Shown: positions 1 to 13,700 of the stretch, in pieces | Numbering within the stretch: the stretch's first letter is position 1 | Layout of the letters: every line of letters starts with the position of its first letter | Assembly: GCA_008632985.1 (NCBI GenBank) | Contig: QPGO01000145.1 | Location: 62,001 to 126,000 of the forward strand | DNA: 64,000 bases | Direction: 5' to 3' | Origin: Psammoneis japonica | Taxonomy: Eukaryota | Program-made: the position numbers and the translations under genes | Notes under the pieces: generated by a model | Told to the model about the DNA's origin: nothing | Seen by the model: the letters and a program-made list of their open reading frames with translations, nothing else | Databases searched by the model: none

Positions 1-3000
1 ACAAGAGCCGCAAAGACGACGGCAAACTGCGCGAGGGGGTCCGAGCTGATACCAAACGTCTTGAAAAAGAGATCGATTTGCGCCTCCTCGTCTTCTTTGG
101 TCTTGGCCGGTCCGTGAGTCTTCCTAGCTGTACAAATACGCTTCATCAGCTTGCTGGCCGACAACGTCACATGACTTGCATGATCAAAGTTATGGAAAGG
201 TACATTTCTGTACATGGACGCAACACAAGCCACGTAAAACGTAAGCTCTTCTGAAGCAGCCTCTGGTATAGACATGATCCGCCCCGTGGTTTCCATTGGA
301 TCTGTCATTCTCGTTCTGTAGCTTTCAAAAGAAACTTCGTCTGTCATTTCGTCTACAACCAGAAAGTTTGAGTCAGTTTCGTCGGAGGCGCTAAACGACC
401 CGGCCGACGGCATGGTCGAACGATGAGTTTCATCGGAGGAGGAGGATTCCTCCAAATCTGAAACTCGCTGCTCGCCACTCGTTCCATAAAACTGACGATG
501 AACCATGACTTTGAGAAGCAGATCCTCCAGAACCGCAGAGTTCCATCTAATTAAGCGATCCAGATCCTGTTGATTCGATGAAAATGCGCGCGTGGAGTTG
601 CCTCTTGGTGGCACAGCTGGTTTGTCGACAACGTCCTTCTCTTCTACCGGCCCCGGTCGAGATTGTGCGAGTGGCCGTCGTTCATTTGGACTCGAATCAA
701 GGCCATAGCGCGAGCTCATATTTGTGCGGATCCAGTAGGCTTTGCAGGCGGCAACAAAAACAGTTCAAATTAGTCACAGAAAACGACTTTTAACGCAGAA
801 AGACACGGCAACAACTCACTTTGAATCTCCCCCTTCCCCTTTGCAATAACAATATCTGGACGCTTTATTAACCAATGCTCTTTTCCCGCTTCTCTCAACA
901 ATGCGGCAGTATCTGGTGAAACCTGGATCATATTTGTCTTTCCTTGTGACTCCATTCGACTGGCGGTGTTCATTGTGTCCCCAAAAAGCTGAAATCGACT
1001 CTTCTCTCCCCTGAGAACTCCACCCGTAACAGCGCCGCTATGCATGCCAATGCGCAACCCCAATGCCGCAGTACCAGGCCCCAGAGTAAGTTCCAGCTCC
1101 TTCGTTAGTTCCACAAACTTGACAAGGCACCGTTGAGCAAATCGAGCCATGATGACCGCGTGGTCCTTTTGAGGATCAGGCAAGCCAGTCGCAGCCACAT
1201 AGCAGTCACCAATGGTTTCAATCTTGAACACACCATACTTCTTGGCTTCAAGATCAAACTCTCGATAAATGTTTTCCAGCAGAACAAATACCTGTGAAGG
1301 TTCTCGTTCGGAACTCCATGCTGTGAATCCCGCAATATCCGCAAACAGAATCGTGGTTGCTGTAAACATGTCGGCGATAGGATCACTCTGGCTCGGTGAA
1401 ACCGAACTTGACATGCTGCTGGAGCGGTTTTCTGCCGACGCTAATGGACTGACGCCGGGAGACGAAGTCGGCCGTTTCAAGTATCTCTTGAGACGACCAG
1501 CGCTCTCGCGACCACTGGGCGAGGACGGTGAAATGCTCGTTGGATCCGCTTCTGATATCAGACGCTCCCGAACGTTGCGTGGGAAGAGTTGTTCGACAAT
1601 CCTATTGTTCTGGTAGGCCACTTTCAGTGCCTCTGCCTGTCGACTCTGTACGATGCAGCTGTAAAACATAAATGTAGATGCAACCAAAAAGAAGACGAGT
1701 GCCACGATTGCAGCATAAATCGCAGGTTGATTCGATGTGTATTGTGACTTGAGGAACGAGCTGGGATAGATGCGGATTGTGTATGTTGTTGCAGTGTCGT
1801 TTCTGAGGCCATCCGTGGGCGAGTCCCCTGGTGATATCTGACGGCTGCTATCAACCAGTCCATCGTTTGGGACGGTAGGAATGTCGTAGGTATAAGTCAC
1901 TTCCTTGTTATCAAATTTGTCATCATGAAGATCAACAGGTCCAAGAAAGACTGCGCGATTGCCATTCAGTTCAAAGGTAAACTTCAAACCACTACCGCTA
2001 CTTTCCAAAACGACAAGGAGTCCCTCCACATTGGGTGGAAGAATGTCATCCAAAACATGGGTCCACAGAAATTCCAATCCAATCGTACCCACAATGTCAC
2101 TGCTGTCAAACTCTCGAAATATAGGCGTAAACAATATTGTTGTTGGTTCCTTGTGTCGTTCACGGTCGCCCTTGTGAAAGTTTAAACCCCGAAACAAAAC
2201 ATCGGTAAAGGCTGGGCGCTTGGTCGCTAGCATTGTATTAATAGCGTCACGTCGAATAGGGTCTCGGTACGCATCGAAAAGGAAACCGCCCTCATTGCCC
2301 CGGCGTGGCGCAATATGCCACAAGGGAAACGCAACGTAATCTCCAAAGTCGTTCAACTTTGGAATTCGTTTTCTACTAGGAGGTGATTCAGCCGGTGGAT
2401 CAATTATAATTTTCTGGCTGTGATGGCCCAGTTCTGGTTGAGGAATCTTTTTGTGAACCTGACTTATGTATTCGTACCATGACGAGAAGGTTTCGCTCGT
2501 GACGAGCGGTGCGAAAAATACAGTGCTTGCATCCGAAAGAAGGAGGCTCCCCCGGGCTTGATCTTGAAAGTCCACCACTGTGACATTGGGCCAGCTCATT
2601 GTGCTTTTAGAAGGTGTCACTCGAGAGCCCTGAATGGTCCCGTTGGTGGAAAAACGACTTGTAAAGGTACTGGCCAAGGCAAAGCCTGTCCATACCAATT
2701 GATCTAAACTTTGTTCTGTCGAATCTACTACTCGCAGTGCAAACGTCTCGTACTGTTGCTCGAAATCGTCTTCTTCCTCCTCTTTTGTAAAGTACCAAAC
2801 CAACACTATTACGAGCACAGCCAAGCAAACGAGCAATAGGATTGCTATGATTTTGAAACGTTTCGCTGCTCGTGCTTTTTCCAGAGCTTTTGATGCGTCA
2901 TGAAACTCCTCGGACGGTTGATCCAGTAAGCTTTCGTCTTCATCCTTTTCTTCCGATGTACTTGATGACGATTCATCCACAACGGTGCTCTCGTCCGACG

Positions 3001-3136
3001 GTACGGCAGACAGGGAACCGAGGTATGAACCTGAATACAAGCTTTCATCTTGCCTCCGTCTGCTTCTGCTGTACGAGTTGCTGTAAGAATTTTGATCAGA
3101 GAAGGACACAGAAGCACTGGCCCTCGAGGATGACAT
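1..3136 (-). CDS. Receptor-type nucleotide (guanylate-like) cyclase fused to a cyclic-nucleotide phosphodiesterase; 3' end runs off the window; exons 3136-820 and 739-<1
   Basis: Two TM helices flank an extracellular region. Class III cyclase motifs TILFADIAGFT, KIETIGDCY, RIGMHSG and LFGDTMNTASRMES. A GT-AG intron at 740-819 restores KGKGEIQ-TYW. Exon 2 is homologous to the PDE half of the paralog at 10780-12293. Confidence 0.9.
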
Positions 3137-3745
3137 TATAAAGGACCACGTCGTTTTTTGTACTGTCGCATGGAACTTATTGTCAAGGCTGTCGATTGCT
3201 GTTCGTGCAATTGTTGCGTTGTTTCAAGCGGTAATGCGCTCTACGAACAAAAACTCAAGTGAAGGATAAAATCGGTAGTGGCCGCAGGGCAATAGCAAAG
3301 TTTTTGTGTGACGCTCTCCTTAAAAAACGAGAATGATTGACAATTGTCCGACAAAGTTGAGACATATTTACTTAAAATATAGTCATACAAGCTTATATGG
3401 TTGCTAAATGAAGGTCTTTTACCTAAAAACAATTATTACGTATAATTCTACAACAGTATTAGTACTTAAATGACCGTTTAACAAACGCGGTCATCATATC
3501 ACTCAAACAGGGGTTTGTGATCCATTTGATTGGCGACCGTTAGGCTCAGTCTTTGTCCTCGTTTCATCCTGGCGGTCCTGGGAAACTCTATGTAAGGTGA
3601 AAAGCACGTTGATAGCGTCTTCTCGAATGACTGGACAATGTTGGGGGTCACAGACATGTGCCGCTCATTCAAGTCGTGCGTAAAGCCAAAATCGATCTCA
3701 CACGAAACATCGAGTTCAGAGTGATCTTGCGAAAAATGGAGTTGC

Positions 3746-4420
3746 GTGCTTGAAACACCAACCCTTCCTCCCTGGTTCAGTGGCATTGAAATCTTTTCAA
3801 AAGCGGCATTCGATGCAATTATTGTTGATGCTGAGAAAGAACCAAATCATCATCACCATGGCGAGCGATGTTTGGATGATGTGTCGCTCCTGATGCGTGC
3901 ACCCGCACTTTGTCGCGAGTGGCCCATTCCACATTATTTGGACAGGTCTCGCACGCTGTGAGTCGAGAAAGCAGGGCAGGTATGCTTCAAACAAACGACG
4001 GAGATAGACTGAAGGCAGGAACAACAATGACAAAGCAACCTTGCACTGGTGCAAATAGTCCAACATTCAAAGCAACACCGTCGCCATTGGCTGTTTCTTT
4101 TTGGGGATTGGCAGCATCCATACAAAGGGATTGACAAAGAAACGAAAAGCGCGAGAACGTTCTCGAGAAAAAGGACACCTCATCCAGCCACACATTCTGT
4201 CCGTCACGAGTCCTCGCAATCAAGATCTTTTCGCTAAAGACATTTCATCCATGAAGATTGGTATCATGAAGAGAAATCTCGAATCGTATGTCGACGAGCT
4301 CCGTGACGCCCGGAATGAGCAGAGTCAACGTGGTGGACTTGAAACGGCAACTTGGTGAGTACGGAGTTGCCTCGGATACGTTTCTGGAAAAGACCGAGCT
4401 AGTGTGGTAACCTTGAGACG
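3746..4420 (+). pseudogene. Fragmentary, stop- and frameshift-disrupted coding remnant
   Basis: Broken frames read DISSMKIGIMKRNLESY..., then EYGVASDTFLEKTELV, resembling a helical 'ELE.YG....FLEK.ELV' repeat seen in diatom proteins. Segment 4031-4167 is homologous to 10450-10586. Confidence 0.3.
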
Positions 4421-5317
4421 TGCTCGATCCAAAGGAAAAAGAGAGATCAAGCACCAATGGTTTTTCAAGCCTTTCCCGCAAAACCGCTAATGGAGATTCC
4501 GGGATTCTTGTGAGTTCATTCTTGTGACTTCATATGCATCATACATCGACATTCTACAAAAGGATCTATTCGTCATCGTTCTTGTCTTCGTTTTCAACAA
4601 TGGGTTGCCATAGACAAAGGCTAAAGTTCTTGACAGTAAGTTGCGTGCGTAAGACCTGCATGTGTTGTCTGTTTCCTTTCTACGACATTCTCTCCGCATC
4701 AGGAGCGACCGCCGGCGATTAGCCGCAACTCCAACCTCTTTTCGAGTCGACTATATTGCTGTTGTTGGCTTTAGCTTGCGCTCTCTTTGATGAATACGGT
4801 CCTCGACGGTACCAATTTCTTGTATAATGAAGTTGTCGTGAGTATTCCTATGGTTGTTGTCGTCGTCACGCGTTCGCGACACTGTACGTTGCTTCACCAT
4901 TGGTGCAATCAGAATATCATAAGAAACTTCAGGCTCAACTCGCTGGCATCTAAGGCTCATTGATGAGACGGAATCGTCTTATGACTGCAACGCCTCTTTC
5001 AGAGTTCTACCATACCAATGGTGCTTCTGTTTCACAGGCAATGAACGGATTGCGAAGAGTCCAGATAGGCCCAAAGTCATCATCCATCACGTGTGCGGGA
5101 CAAAAAAGATGGAGGACGTCCCCTTTTGCTCGTGCACGAAGTATTTTACGGGAAACGCATGTCCATAGTGATCATGTGCATGGTACTTATATCTTATATC
5201 TTTCGAAATGAAGTGAACCACAGTTATTTGCTTTCGAGATAGTCTATGCATGCTTTATAGTTTTAAAATTAAAACATGAAACAACAAAGAAATGTTGCTG
5301 TGCAATATGAAGCACGT

Positions 5318-6187
5318 CTAAAAGCTTGTACCAAAGACAAAGTCTGCAAGTCCAAGAAATCCATAGTTGCCAGCAGCAATACGATGGTGTGCATCATGAA
5401 TGCTGGAGATACCACAATGTCCAAAATTTCCTCCAATCATAATGAGAGCCTGATGCAATGCAACCGTATACACATGACCGTTCACAATCATGGATCCTGT
5501 CCATGCCGTACCCATTGTGATTAAAATCATTTCCATCGGGTGCTGATAGGAAGCATCAACAACATGCGGATCATCAATGCGGTGGTGGTGCTCGTGCAAA
5601 AGAGAGTAGAGTGTTGGCGAGGCATGGCATACAAAGTGTACACCGTAGAACCAGAACTCTGCTGTAATGAGATAAAACATGAAGACCGATACTTCGCGAG
5701 AAATTTCGAAGGTGGTTACTGCCTCAAGATTAACCAACGGAGAAGCAAGCCACGTGACGGCAGGGACGAAGAAAAACCAATTCACCAAACATACTAATGC
5801 GCTTGATTGAATGTGACCTGTCTTGATTGGACTGGCGTCGTGCTCCTTCATTGCAGCGAGCCAGCATGCCGGAATAGATGCAAAGTTCCCCACCAGAGCA
5901 GGGAGATATAGAATCATGAATGAAGACCAAGACCGGCGGGTCAAACGGGGACTCGGGAGGAACAATGCCAATGCCAACAAAATGGTTAAAGTAATGGCCA
6001 ACCGATCGCAGAGGAGATCCAAGGGGCGGGGGTTACAATTTTTCGAAGAGAGCAAAGTGCGTTTTGATGATTTGCGTCGCTCATATAGATTACGAAGTGA
6101 GGAGCTGCGCCGATCCTTGTTGACTTCAGAAGGAGCCTCGGCAGCCAAGTGCGGAAGCAAGATGATGCGCATGAGGCTGTTGTACAT
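5318..6187 (-). CDS. Fatty acid hydroxylase / sterol desaturase superfamily membrane protein
   Basis: His boxes FYGVHFVCH, HEHHH and HDAHH, plus GNYG; several TM segments; first ATG at 6187. Confidence 0.85.
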   Translation of the reverse strand: MYNSLMRIILLPHLAAEAPSEVNKDRRSSSLRNLYERRKSSKRTLLSSKNCNPRPLDLLCDRLAITLTILLALALFLPSPRLTRRSWSSFMILYLPALVGNFASIPACWLAAMKEHDASPIKTGHIQSSALVCLVNWFFFVPAVTWLASPLVNLEAVTTFEISREVSVFMFYLITAEFWFYGVHFVCHASPTLYSLLHEHHHRIDDPHVVDASYQHPMEMILITMGTAWTGSMIVNGHVYTVALHQALIMIGGNFGHCGISSIHDAHHRIAAGNYGFLGLADFVFGTSF

Positions 6188-6224
6188 GGTGACGGTTTGA
6201 GCGACAAAGCAAATGGTTTTATCC

Positions 6225-6455
6225 ACAGCGCCAAAAAAGTGAGGACGGTGAAGTACGAAATTTCAAGTCTCCTTTATGTTAGCAAATGCTACATGCATTT
6301 AATTTGGCGTGAAGGCAAACTCTGCTCTGCAATTCCGTTTACATTTTAGGCCCTAGGCCCTAGCTCACTTCTACAGCGCCAAATAAGTGAGGACGGGTGT
6401 AGTGCGAAATGTCATGCGCGATGATAGTAGTGTTTTATGGCCAATGCTGCATGCG
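6225..6455. repeat. Degenerate ~150-bp tandem duplication upstream of the desaturase gene, split by taggccctaggccctag
   Basis: acagcgccaaa(a/t)aagtgaggacgg at 6225 and 6373; aatgct(a/g)catgc at about 6285 and 6443. Confidence 0.6.
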
Positions 6456-6479
6456 CATGAAGCGAAGAAAGTAGAAAGT

Positions 6480-9335
6480 GGGTGTCACAACGCAATCGTG
6501 TCATGAAGAAAGGTGTGACATCGAACACTGTCACACTGTCGCACAGACAGTCGGTCGGGTGTCAACGCGCGCGATTTAGGACGCGACGAATCACACGGTG
6601 CCCTGCCACTGTGCCACTTGGAAAACTGCACAAGGTGGTTCAAACTGGCAAGCTCTCATGTGGTTGATTTCTTGGAGGAACTAGGCAAATCACATGCATG
6701 GGCATGACACCGCAGTGTGAGAATTGCACCATTGAAAACTGGCCAAGAAAGGCAGAGCCCTCAGCTGCTTGCAAGTGGTGGGGGCAGCAGCGCTCGATTT
6801 GTAGAGCAGCACCCCCTTGCACAATGATCTTGGCGAGCTTCTCTCATCCTCACTCAGCATCTTAAGGAGTGCACAATTGGCTGGCAGTGGTGGCACCCAT
6901 TTTCAAGTCCAGTGTCAACAGGCAAAGAGCCGTGTTGCAGAGTGGCTTGTGCCAAAGACATGTGCGCTGTCACTGTTTCAAGTCATGTGAAAGCACAAAA
7001 TCCAAGCAATCTTGCACAAAACAAGGCAGCAATTGGCGCAGCTGTCAACACCAACAAAGAATCAAATGACTGTTGTGCCATGATGATGTTTGGTTGATGT
7101 GTGACGCTCTTGTGCTTGCCGCACTTTTTTGTCTCACGCAGCTTGTTTGGACATGTCTCGGGAAAGGGGAATTGGCAAAATGCTGAATTGTTGGCAAGAC
7201 TGCTTTGAACAGAAAGAGACAGACAGAAGCCAGGATGAGCAGCTTGTGGGGTGATGGAAAACAAGAAAATGGCACAACTTCAGACACCCATGGCCCACAA
7301 GCACTTGATTGTTCATGTGCACATGCATGCAATTTAGGGCCCCACTCTGTGGAACTGCTCTGTCTTTTTTCCAAAAATCACCCTGCTGTGTCTCCAAAGG
7401 CCTGCCCAAGAACATCATGCCCCCCAGCTCCATTTGTTGTGACTTGGGGCATCTGCCAAATGCTCCAAGCTGCAAGACTCTTGACAGCAATTTGGCCTCA
7501 TGGGCTCCTTGGTGGGCAGTGTGCTTGAGTTGTCCAGAGGTGGGTGGGAAGGCTTGCACAGCTCTCTGACAAGCTGCCATCTCACATTTGCACACAAACA
7601 AGCACCTTCGGCCAAGCTGTCAAAAATCTTCCTCTGCACAAAAAAGGTTTTCCACCACAAAAACCAGCAAAGCTTGTCTGGACTGCCATGCTTGCTTTTG
7701 GCATCTGGTGATGGAAGACAGGGAGCATGCTCACATGCCCCATCTCCCACACAGTCACAAGTTGTGCAGGACATGCTTGTTGCAAGGCCTTTGACAAAGA
7801 TGCAACAAAGCTAGAACAATCTGCACTGCTGCTGTGGGGGAACATTTCTTTTTTCTGCAGTGCAGAAGTGCAGCTTGCTGACAAGCTTCTTGTCTGTGCT
7901 CAGAGACACGTGCCTCTCTCACCTGTTGCAAATTCTCATGTGGATGCAGGTGTCAGAGACAAAGGCATTTTTGTTGCAAAATTGTGGCAGCAAAACAACC
8001 AACCTTTGGCGTCAACATGAACAAACTGCACAAGGTGGTTCAAACTGGTCATAGAGTGGCTTTAGATTGAGCTCCTGTGGGTGATCTCTGGGAGAAACTG
8101 GGCAAATGAAATGAGCAGGAATGATGCCACAATGCAAGAGTCACCCCACTGCAAGACAGCAAAAAGGAGGGCAGAGCTCACAGCTGCCCACAAGCAGAGA
8201 AAGGAGCAGCATTTGGCAAGGGGCAGCACCCACTTGAGCAGCAATCTGGGCAAAAATGCACAGATGCTCAGCTGTCTTGAGGAGTGCACAGTTGGCCAGC
8301 AGTGGCAACACTCACCCTTGAGCCCAGCGCCAAGAGGCAAAGGGCTGGGTTGCTCAGTGCAAGAATTGGAGTCATGCACGCAGCCCCCCACCAGGCTGGC
8401 CCACCCCTGCAAGCCCATTTGGCCTCATTCCATTGTTCACCATCCAGTTGTGTGGGATCAGGAAGAGAGAAAGCTGTGCTGATGCTCTGGGGCAGAGCAC
8501 ACCGTCTCCTCCACCACTCCAAGAAATTCTTCAACCTGGACTCTGTGTGGCGGCACGCTGCAGAATGGGGAAGACAGCAAAATGCCTGTCAACTGGCTCA
8601 AGTCTGCTGATTGACTCCTGACAAATGCCCTTGCCACCACTTGTGCTTTGATCTGCCTGCGGCCTGCTGCTTTGTTTGACTGGCACGACCAGGTCTTTTT
8701 GGTGCAAACAAGAAAAACTAAAACACAGTGGAAAACAGGTGGGGCAGTGCAATTTGGCAAGAGTGGCTTTGGACTGAGCTCTTGCAAGTGATCACTGCCT
8801 GGGAGAGACACAGCCACATGAGTCATGGGCAGCAGGCATGATGCAGGGCAACATGCTTGGGAGGAGTCAGCTCATGGCAGCAATTTGTTGGCGCACCAAG
8901 GCAGAGCTCACAGTCATCTGCAAATGGAGACAGCAGGAGCAGGAATGCCCACTTGTGCAACAATCTGGATGAACTTCTAGCACACACTCCAGGTCTGGAG
9001 GAGTGCACAGCAGGCTGGCAACGAGAGGCACAAAATGCCCATTTTCAAGTCCAGCACAGATTCTTCAAGAAGGGAGGCAAAGAACCAGCACATGTTGCGG
9101 TGTGGTGCAAGAGCTGTTGCTGGTTGTTTCGGGTGGGTGCCACAGAGTAGTGTTGGGACAGGACAATTGTTGTCTCCACTTTTGCTGCACTGCACAGGAT
9201 GAAGGTGTGTGTTGGGCAGCGCCTGTGCTGGTTGCCTTGCTTGGGACGGATGGAAAGATAGACACATGCCGAAAATGGACTCATGGCGCACACGACTGTC
9301 TCAGATAGCACTTTGCGAGCATCAACGCAACTCAC
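6480..9335. mobile_element. Heavily degenerated repeat/TE-derived block, TpA- and CpG-depleted, with internal ~707-bp periodic homology
   Basis: About 11 TA in 6601-9300. aaactgcacaaggtggttcaaactgg at about 6623 and 8023; ggagtgcaca at about 6866, 8281 and 9000; gagtggcttt..gagctc at 8054 and 8761. No intact ORF. Confidence 0.65.
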
Positions 9336-9584
9336 ATAGGGTAGGGTTGCCGGTATAAGGGCTTAACACTTTTGTTTGTTGTGAGTTTGAAGTTGTGATT
9401 CGCAATGCATTCTCTCTCGAGAACGACTTTGAAGATGCGTCTCTTCATGTGGACAACACTTACGGTGCATCTCTGCTTCTTGGATGGGCAAGAGGTGAAT
9501 GGGTTCCATCATCAAGCCTCTGGATCGCGTGCCTTTCACCGCGACAAGCGCGTTACCGCTCCAGAAGCATCCGTGGGGGGCTCC

Positions 9585-10468
9585 ATGAATGTAGAAAATG
9601 GGGATCCCAAAGACAGTCCTTTGACGCTGGAAAGAGTGGCGGAGAGAAGTTATCAAGAATGAAGTATCGCAATGTGATTGTAGTCGTGGGCGCAGGAGCG
9701 TCGGTGAGTGCCGGGATCCCCGATTTTCGATCCCGAGGCACGGGACTGTACGACAACCTTGACAAGTACAACTTGCCAACGCCAGAAGATGTGTTCAGCA
9801 TTGATTACTATAAACAAAACCCACAGCCATTTATAGATTTGTGCCAAGCGTTATGGCCCAATCAAGAGGGGGGACCCCGGCCAACACTGGCTCACGTGTT
9901 TTTAAAGTTGCTTCAAGACAAAGGTGTACTTCGACGAGTGTACACGCAAAACATTGATTCGTTGGAAGCAATGGCCAAGGTGGATACCAAAGACATCTTG
10001 GTGGAATGTCATGGGCATTTTCGATCGGCCAGTTGCATTAAGTGCCGTTCTCATGCAGAAATTGGAGCTTGCATGGATTCGATTCTAGTCAACAAGCAAG
10101 CGCCTACGTGTGCAAAATGTGGCGGATATGTTAAGCCCGACGTTGTGTTTTTTGGAGAAGAGTTGCCCCAGAGATTTCAGGAAACAATTGATGACGACAT
10201 TCTCATGTGTGATTTACTAGTCATTATTGGAACAAGTCTTCTCGTAATGCCTGTCGCTGGGATTCCGTCATGGGTCAAACCATCTTGCCAGAGATTGCTT
10301 CTCAACCGAGAATTGGTAGGCGACATCAGGCCTTATAGCCGACGCGACGTTTTTGAACAAGGCGACTGCGATGATGGTGTGCTAAAGCTCTGTCGGTTAG
10401 CAGGGTGGGAGCAAGAGTTGCTGTCTCTTCACGAGGAAATCTACAGTGGCAAAGCAACAGAGCAATAG
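9585..10468 (+). CDS. SIR2: NAD-dependent protein deacetylase, class I sirtuin (SIRT2/Hst2-like); apparent frameshift near 9641-9648
   Basis: GAGASVSAGIPDFRS, YTQNIDSLE, VECHGHF, CxxC...CxxC, KPDVVFFGE and GTSL.V.P motifs. The upstream frame LTLERVAE joins KLSRMKYRNVIVVVGAG if the GA run is corrected. Confidence 0.9.
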
Positions 10469-10779
10469 TGCAAACAGTCCAACATTCACAGCAACGCCGT
10501 TGCCATTGGCTGTCTCCTTTCAAAATCCATACAAAAGGAAAAAGATCGATAGACAGAGACACGAAAAGCGCGAGAACGATCTCGAGCCTCTCTGGCTTAT
10601 ACCCAAGAGGCGTTTCTTGTGCTGTCAAAAGCCGAACGACAAATCAAAATTCTGCTGTATCGTAGTAGCTGTAAGTTAGAAGAAGACGGAGACACCTTCA
10701 CTGAGCTCTCAGCTTGATAGAAGCTCCTTACTCGTACGTGTGCTCTTGCTACTATTGATTGCGCTAGTTCAGAGCTACT

Positions 10780-13700
10780 CTAAGTGATTCGGTTTGTTTG
10801 TTCAAAACCCTCTGGCTCTTGATCCTCCACCCACTGAAGATACTTTGCAACGATACCTTCTCCTTTCTCGGTCCATTCTTGGCGATTCTTAAGAGCATAA
10901 CCCAGGTACTCGTCACCCGCAGTTCCAAAAACACCGCACTCCTTCAACCGCTTTGCGAGTGGAATGATATAAAAGTCAAAGAATCCAATCTCAGATTTGT
11001 ACCAGTTCGTCCTTGGATCAACAGACGACAAACCATCGAGATATGCAACCATACGCTCTTTGAAGAGGCGCTCGTTCCACTTAATATATGTGATCCAATG
11101 TTGCATTGTATGGGCAATGTCGGATGCCAACATGAGCTGCTCCAAGACCGCTGTGGCTTTGAAACTAACATCAACCTTAGCAAGTTCCTCGACCGGCTTG
11201 TTCCGCCACTCGTCTTCCCACTGGGAAATGTGCTTGAATGCGACGTTCCAGCGTTCCTTCTCCTTCTTCATACGATCACTGTCCGCAATGTCTGTGGCAA
11301 TGATCATGTGGATGAGTAGTTGTTTGAACCGATGTCGGTCTTCCTTTTTCCCGAAGATGCATTTGCGAAGGTTGGGGAAGTCGGGCTCCATTAGCAACTC
11401 CCAGGCAACATGGATAGAGTTCTGTTCGGCAACACTAATGTTGTTGTATCTTTCTGCGAAATCGGGTCGACTCTTGATCAATTCCGTGTTTGTGATACCG
11501 AAATGGTCTACATCGTGGACCAACGCAGAGAACACAACGGCAAATTGCGCAAGGGGATCCGAGCTGATACCAAATGTCTTGAAAAACAAGTCAATTTCCT
11601 CCGCTTCTCCCTTCCTGGTGAAGCTTTGCTTGGGGTCCTTCCTCGAGCAAACTTTCCTCATCAATTTGTTTGCAGACATGAGAACATGACAGGCATGCTC
11701 AAAGCTGTGAAAGTGGACGTTTCGATATAGGGAAGCAATACAAGCAACGTAAAATTGAAGCTCCTCGCTGGCAGCATCTCCAATCGATTCGATGAGTTCG
11801 GAACTTTCAATAGGATCTCTCTGTTTTGGCTGGTACGTAGCAAATGAAACTTCGTCGGTGATTTCTTCGACAAGCAGGTACGGGTTCTTTGGTTTAAGTG
11901 GATTATCTCCTGAATGCTGGGAAGCATCCGATGAGGCCCTCTGTCCACCCGAAGCAAAGGATCTGATCGATGTTGCGAAATCTCTCGAAGAACGCCTTTT
12001 CTTGCGTAACGCTGCTTCTCGTTCTCTCTGCTCGTTTACCTGTCTGTGAACCATCACCTTTAATAGCAGGTCTTCTAGAACGGCAGCGTTCCATTTGACC
12101 AACCGGTTCATATCATCCTCTGCAGTACCAATGGCTGCGAATCCACGTGCCATTTTTCGCGCCTTTGCCTCCTTGTCCAACTCATCATCAAGTTCCCAGC
12201 CAGCAACGCTTGGGTAAACCGTGCTTTCATCGTTTGTGTTTACACTTGCTTGCGGAGACGTCTTTACTGCGGATCTTGGACGAACCCAGTATGCTGTTCA
12301 ACGAGTCAGTCGTGAGACGCACAAAAGTTAGGAATGAACGCATGGCAATGTCAAAGCAAAAAAGAGATTTCCGCGCAACTTACTCTGGATTTCTCCTTTG
12401 CCCTTCGCGGTAACAATATCTGGTCGAAGGGACAACCAGTGTTCCTTTCCACCTTCCTTGATCAACGCCGCTGTTTCAGGGGATGCCTGAATCTTGTTCT
12501 TCACACCAGATGATTCCATACGACTTGCAGTATTCATAGTGTCGCCAAAGAGTTGAAAGCGACTCTTCTCACCCCTCAATACGCCTGCTGTAACGGCACC
12601 GCTGTGGATACCGATACGAATACCAAGAGCAGCTGTGCCAGGTCCAAGGGATATCTCAAGCTCCTTTGTTAATTCGATGAACTTGACGAGGCAGCGATAC
12701 GCGAATCGCGCCATGACAACAGCGTGGTCCTCTTGAGGATCTGGCAACCCTGTTGCAGCCACATAGCAGTCACCAATGGTTTCAATTTTAAAAACGTTGT
12801 ACTTCTTGGCTTCAAGGTCAAATTCTCTGTAGATGTTTTCCAGTAGCGTGAAGACTTGTGATGGTTGTCGCTCGGAACTCCAAGCTGTAAATCCGGCAAT
12901 ATCAGCGAACAGAATCGTGGTGTTTGGAAACATGTCGGCGATTGGTTCGCCAATGTCAATCGATGACATGGCCGTTGATTCGTCACGTCTCTCTTGTGGA
13001 CCGCTAAGAAACTTCTTAAGCCTTGCGTTTGGATTGCTGCTAGTAGAGACAATGCCCGACGCAGAGCGTTTATACCTTTTTGGTCGTTGCACTTCGTTCG
13101 TCGAGAAGAGTCGCTCGCGAACAGTAGCTGGAAACAAGGAATGAACAATCTTGCTTGTTTGAAGGGCCCGGTTCATAATAGCGGCTTGACGATTTTCGAC
13201 AAGGCAGTCATATGCGATGAATGTCATGGAAGTGAAGAAGAAAATAAGTGCCACAATGACGCAAAGGATCACAGGCATGCTCGTTACATATGTCTGCTCA
13301 AAGACTCTTGTAGGATAGATGCGAATTTCAAATGAAGCATCAGTAGAGTTTGAATGCTCGGAAGCATCAGCCGTAGCAATTGAAGGTTGATCCTTCACAT
13401 TGAAGTCATTGGCCTTCTTGAGTCTTCGTAGGCCTGGTCGGCCTCCTGCAACCACACCGTCTTCGTCCGGCATGTTGTATCGATAACGGAGTTCCATGTC
13501 GTCGTAACGTCGATCATGAAGATCACCAGGGCCCTGAAACTCTGCATAGGCACCTTCAAGGCTGTAGGTGAACTCTTGTCCATCCCCAGCATTCAACACC
13601 ACAGACAAACCCGCCATGTTATCTGGCAACAGCCTCCTGAAGTTCATACTCCAATCAAAATCAATGCCGATGGTTCCGACCACCGTTGTTCTGGTAAAGT

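Noticed and set aside
6480..9335. Dozens of overlapping Cys/His/Gln-rich ORFs in all six frames, here and in the other depleted blocks
   Set aside because: A by-product of TA loss, which removes TAA/TAG stops and Tyr codons; no coherent protein motifs.
9585..10468. Sirtuin as a component of the silencing or mutator system
   Set aside because: Adjacency to a TE block is expected by chance in a TE-rich eukaryotic region; no functional evidence.
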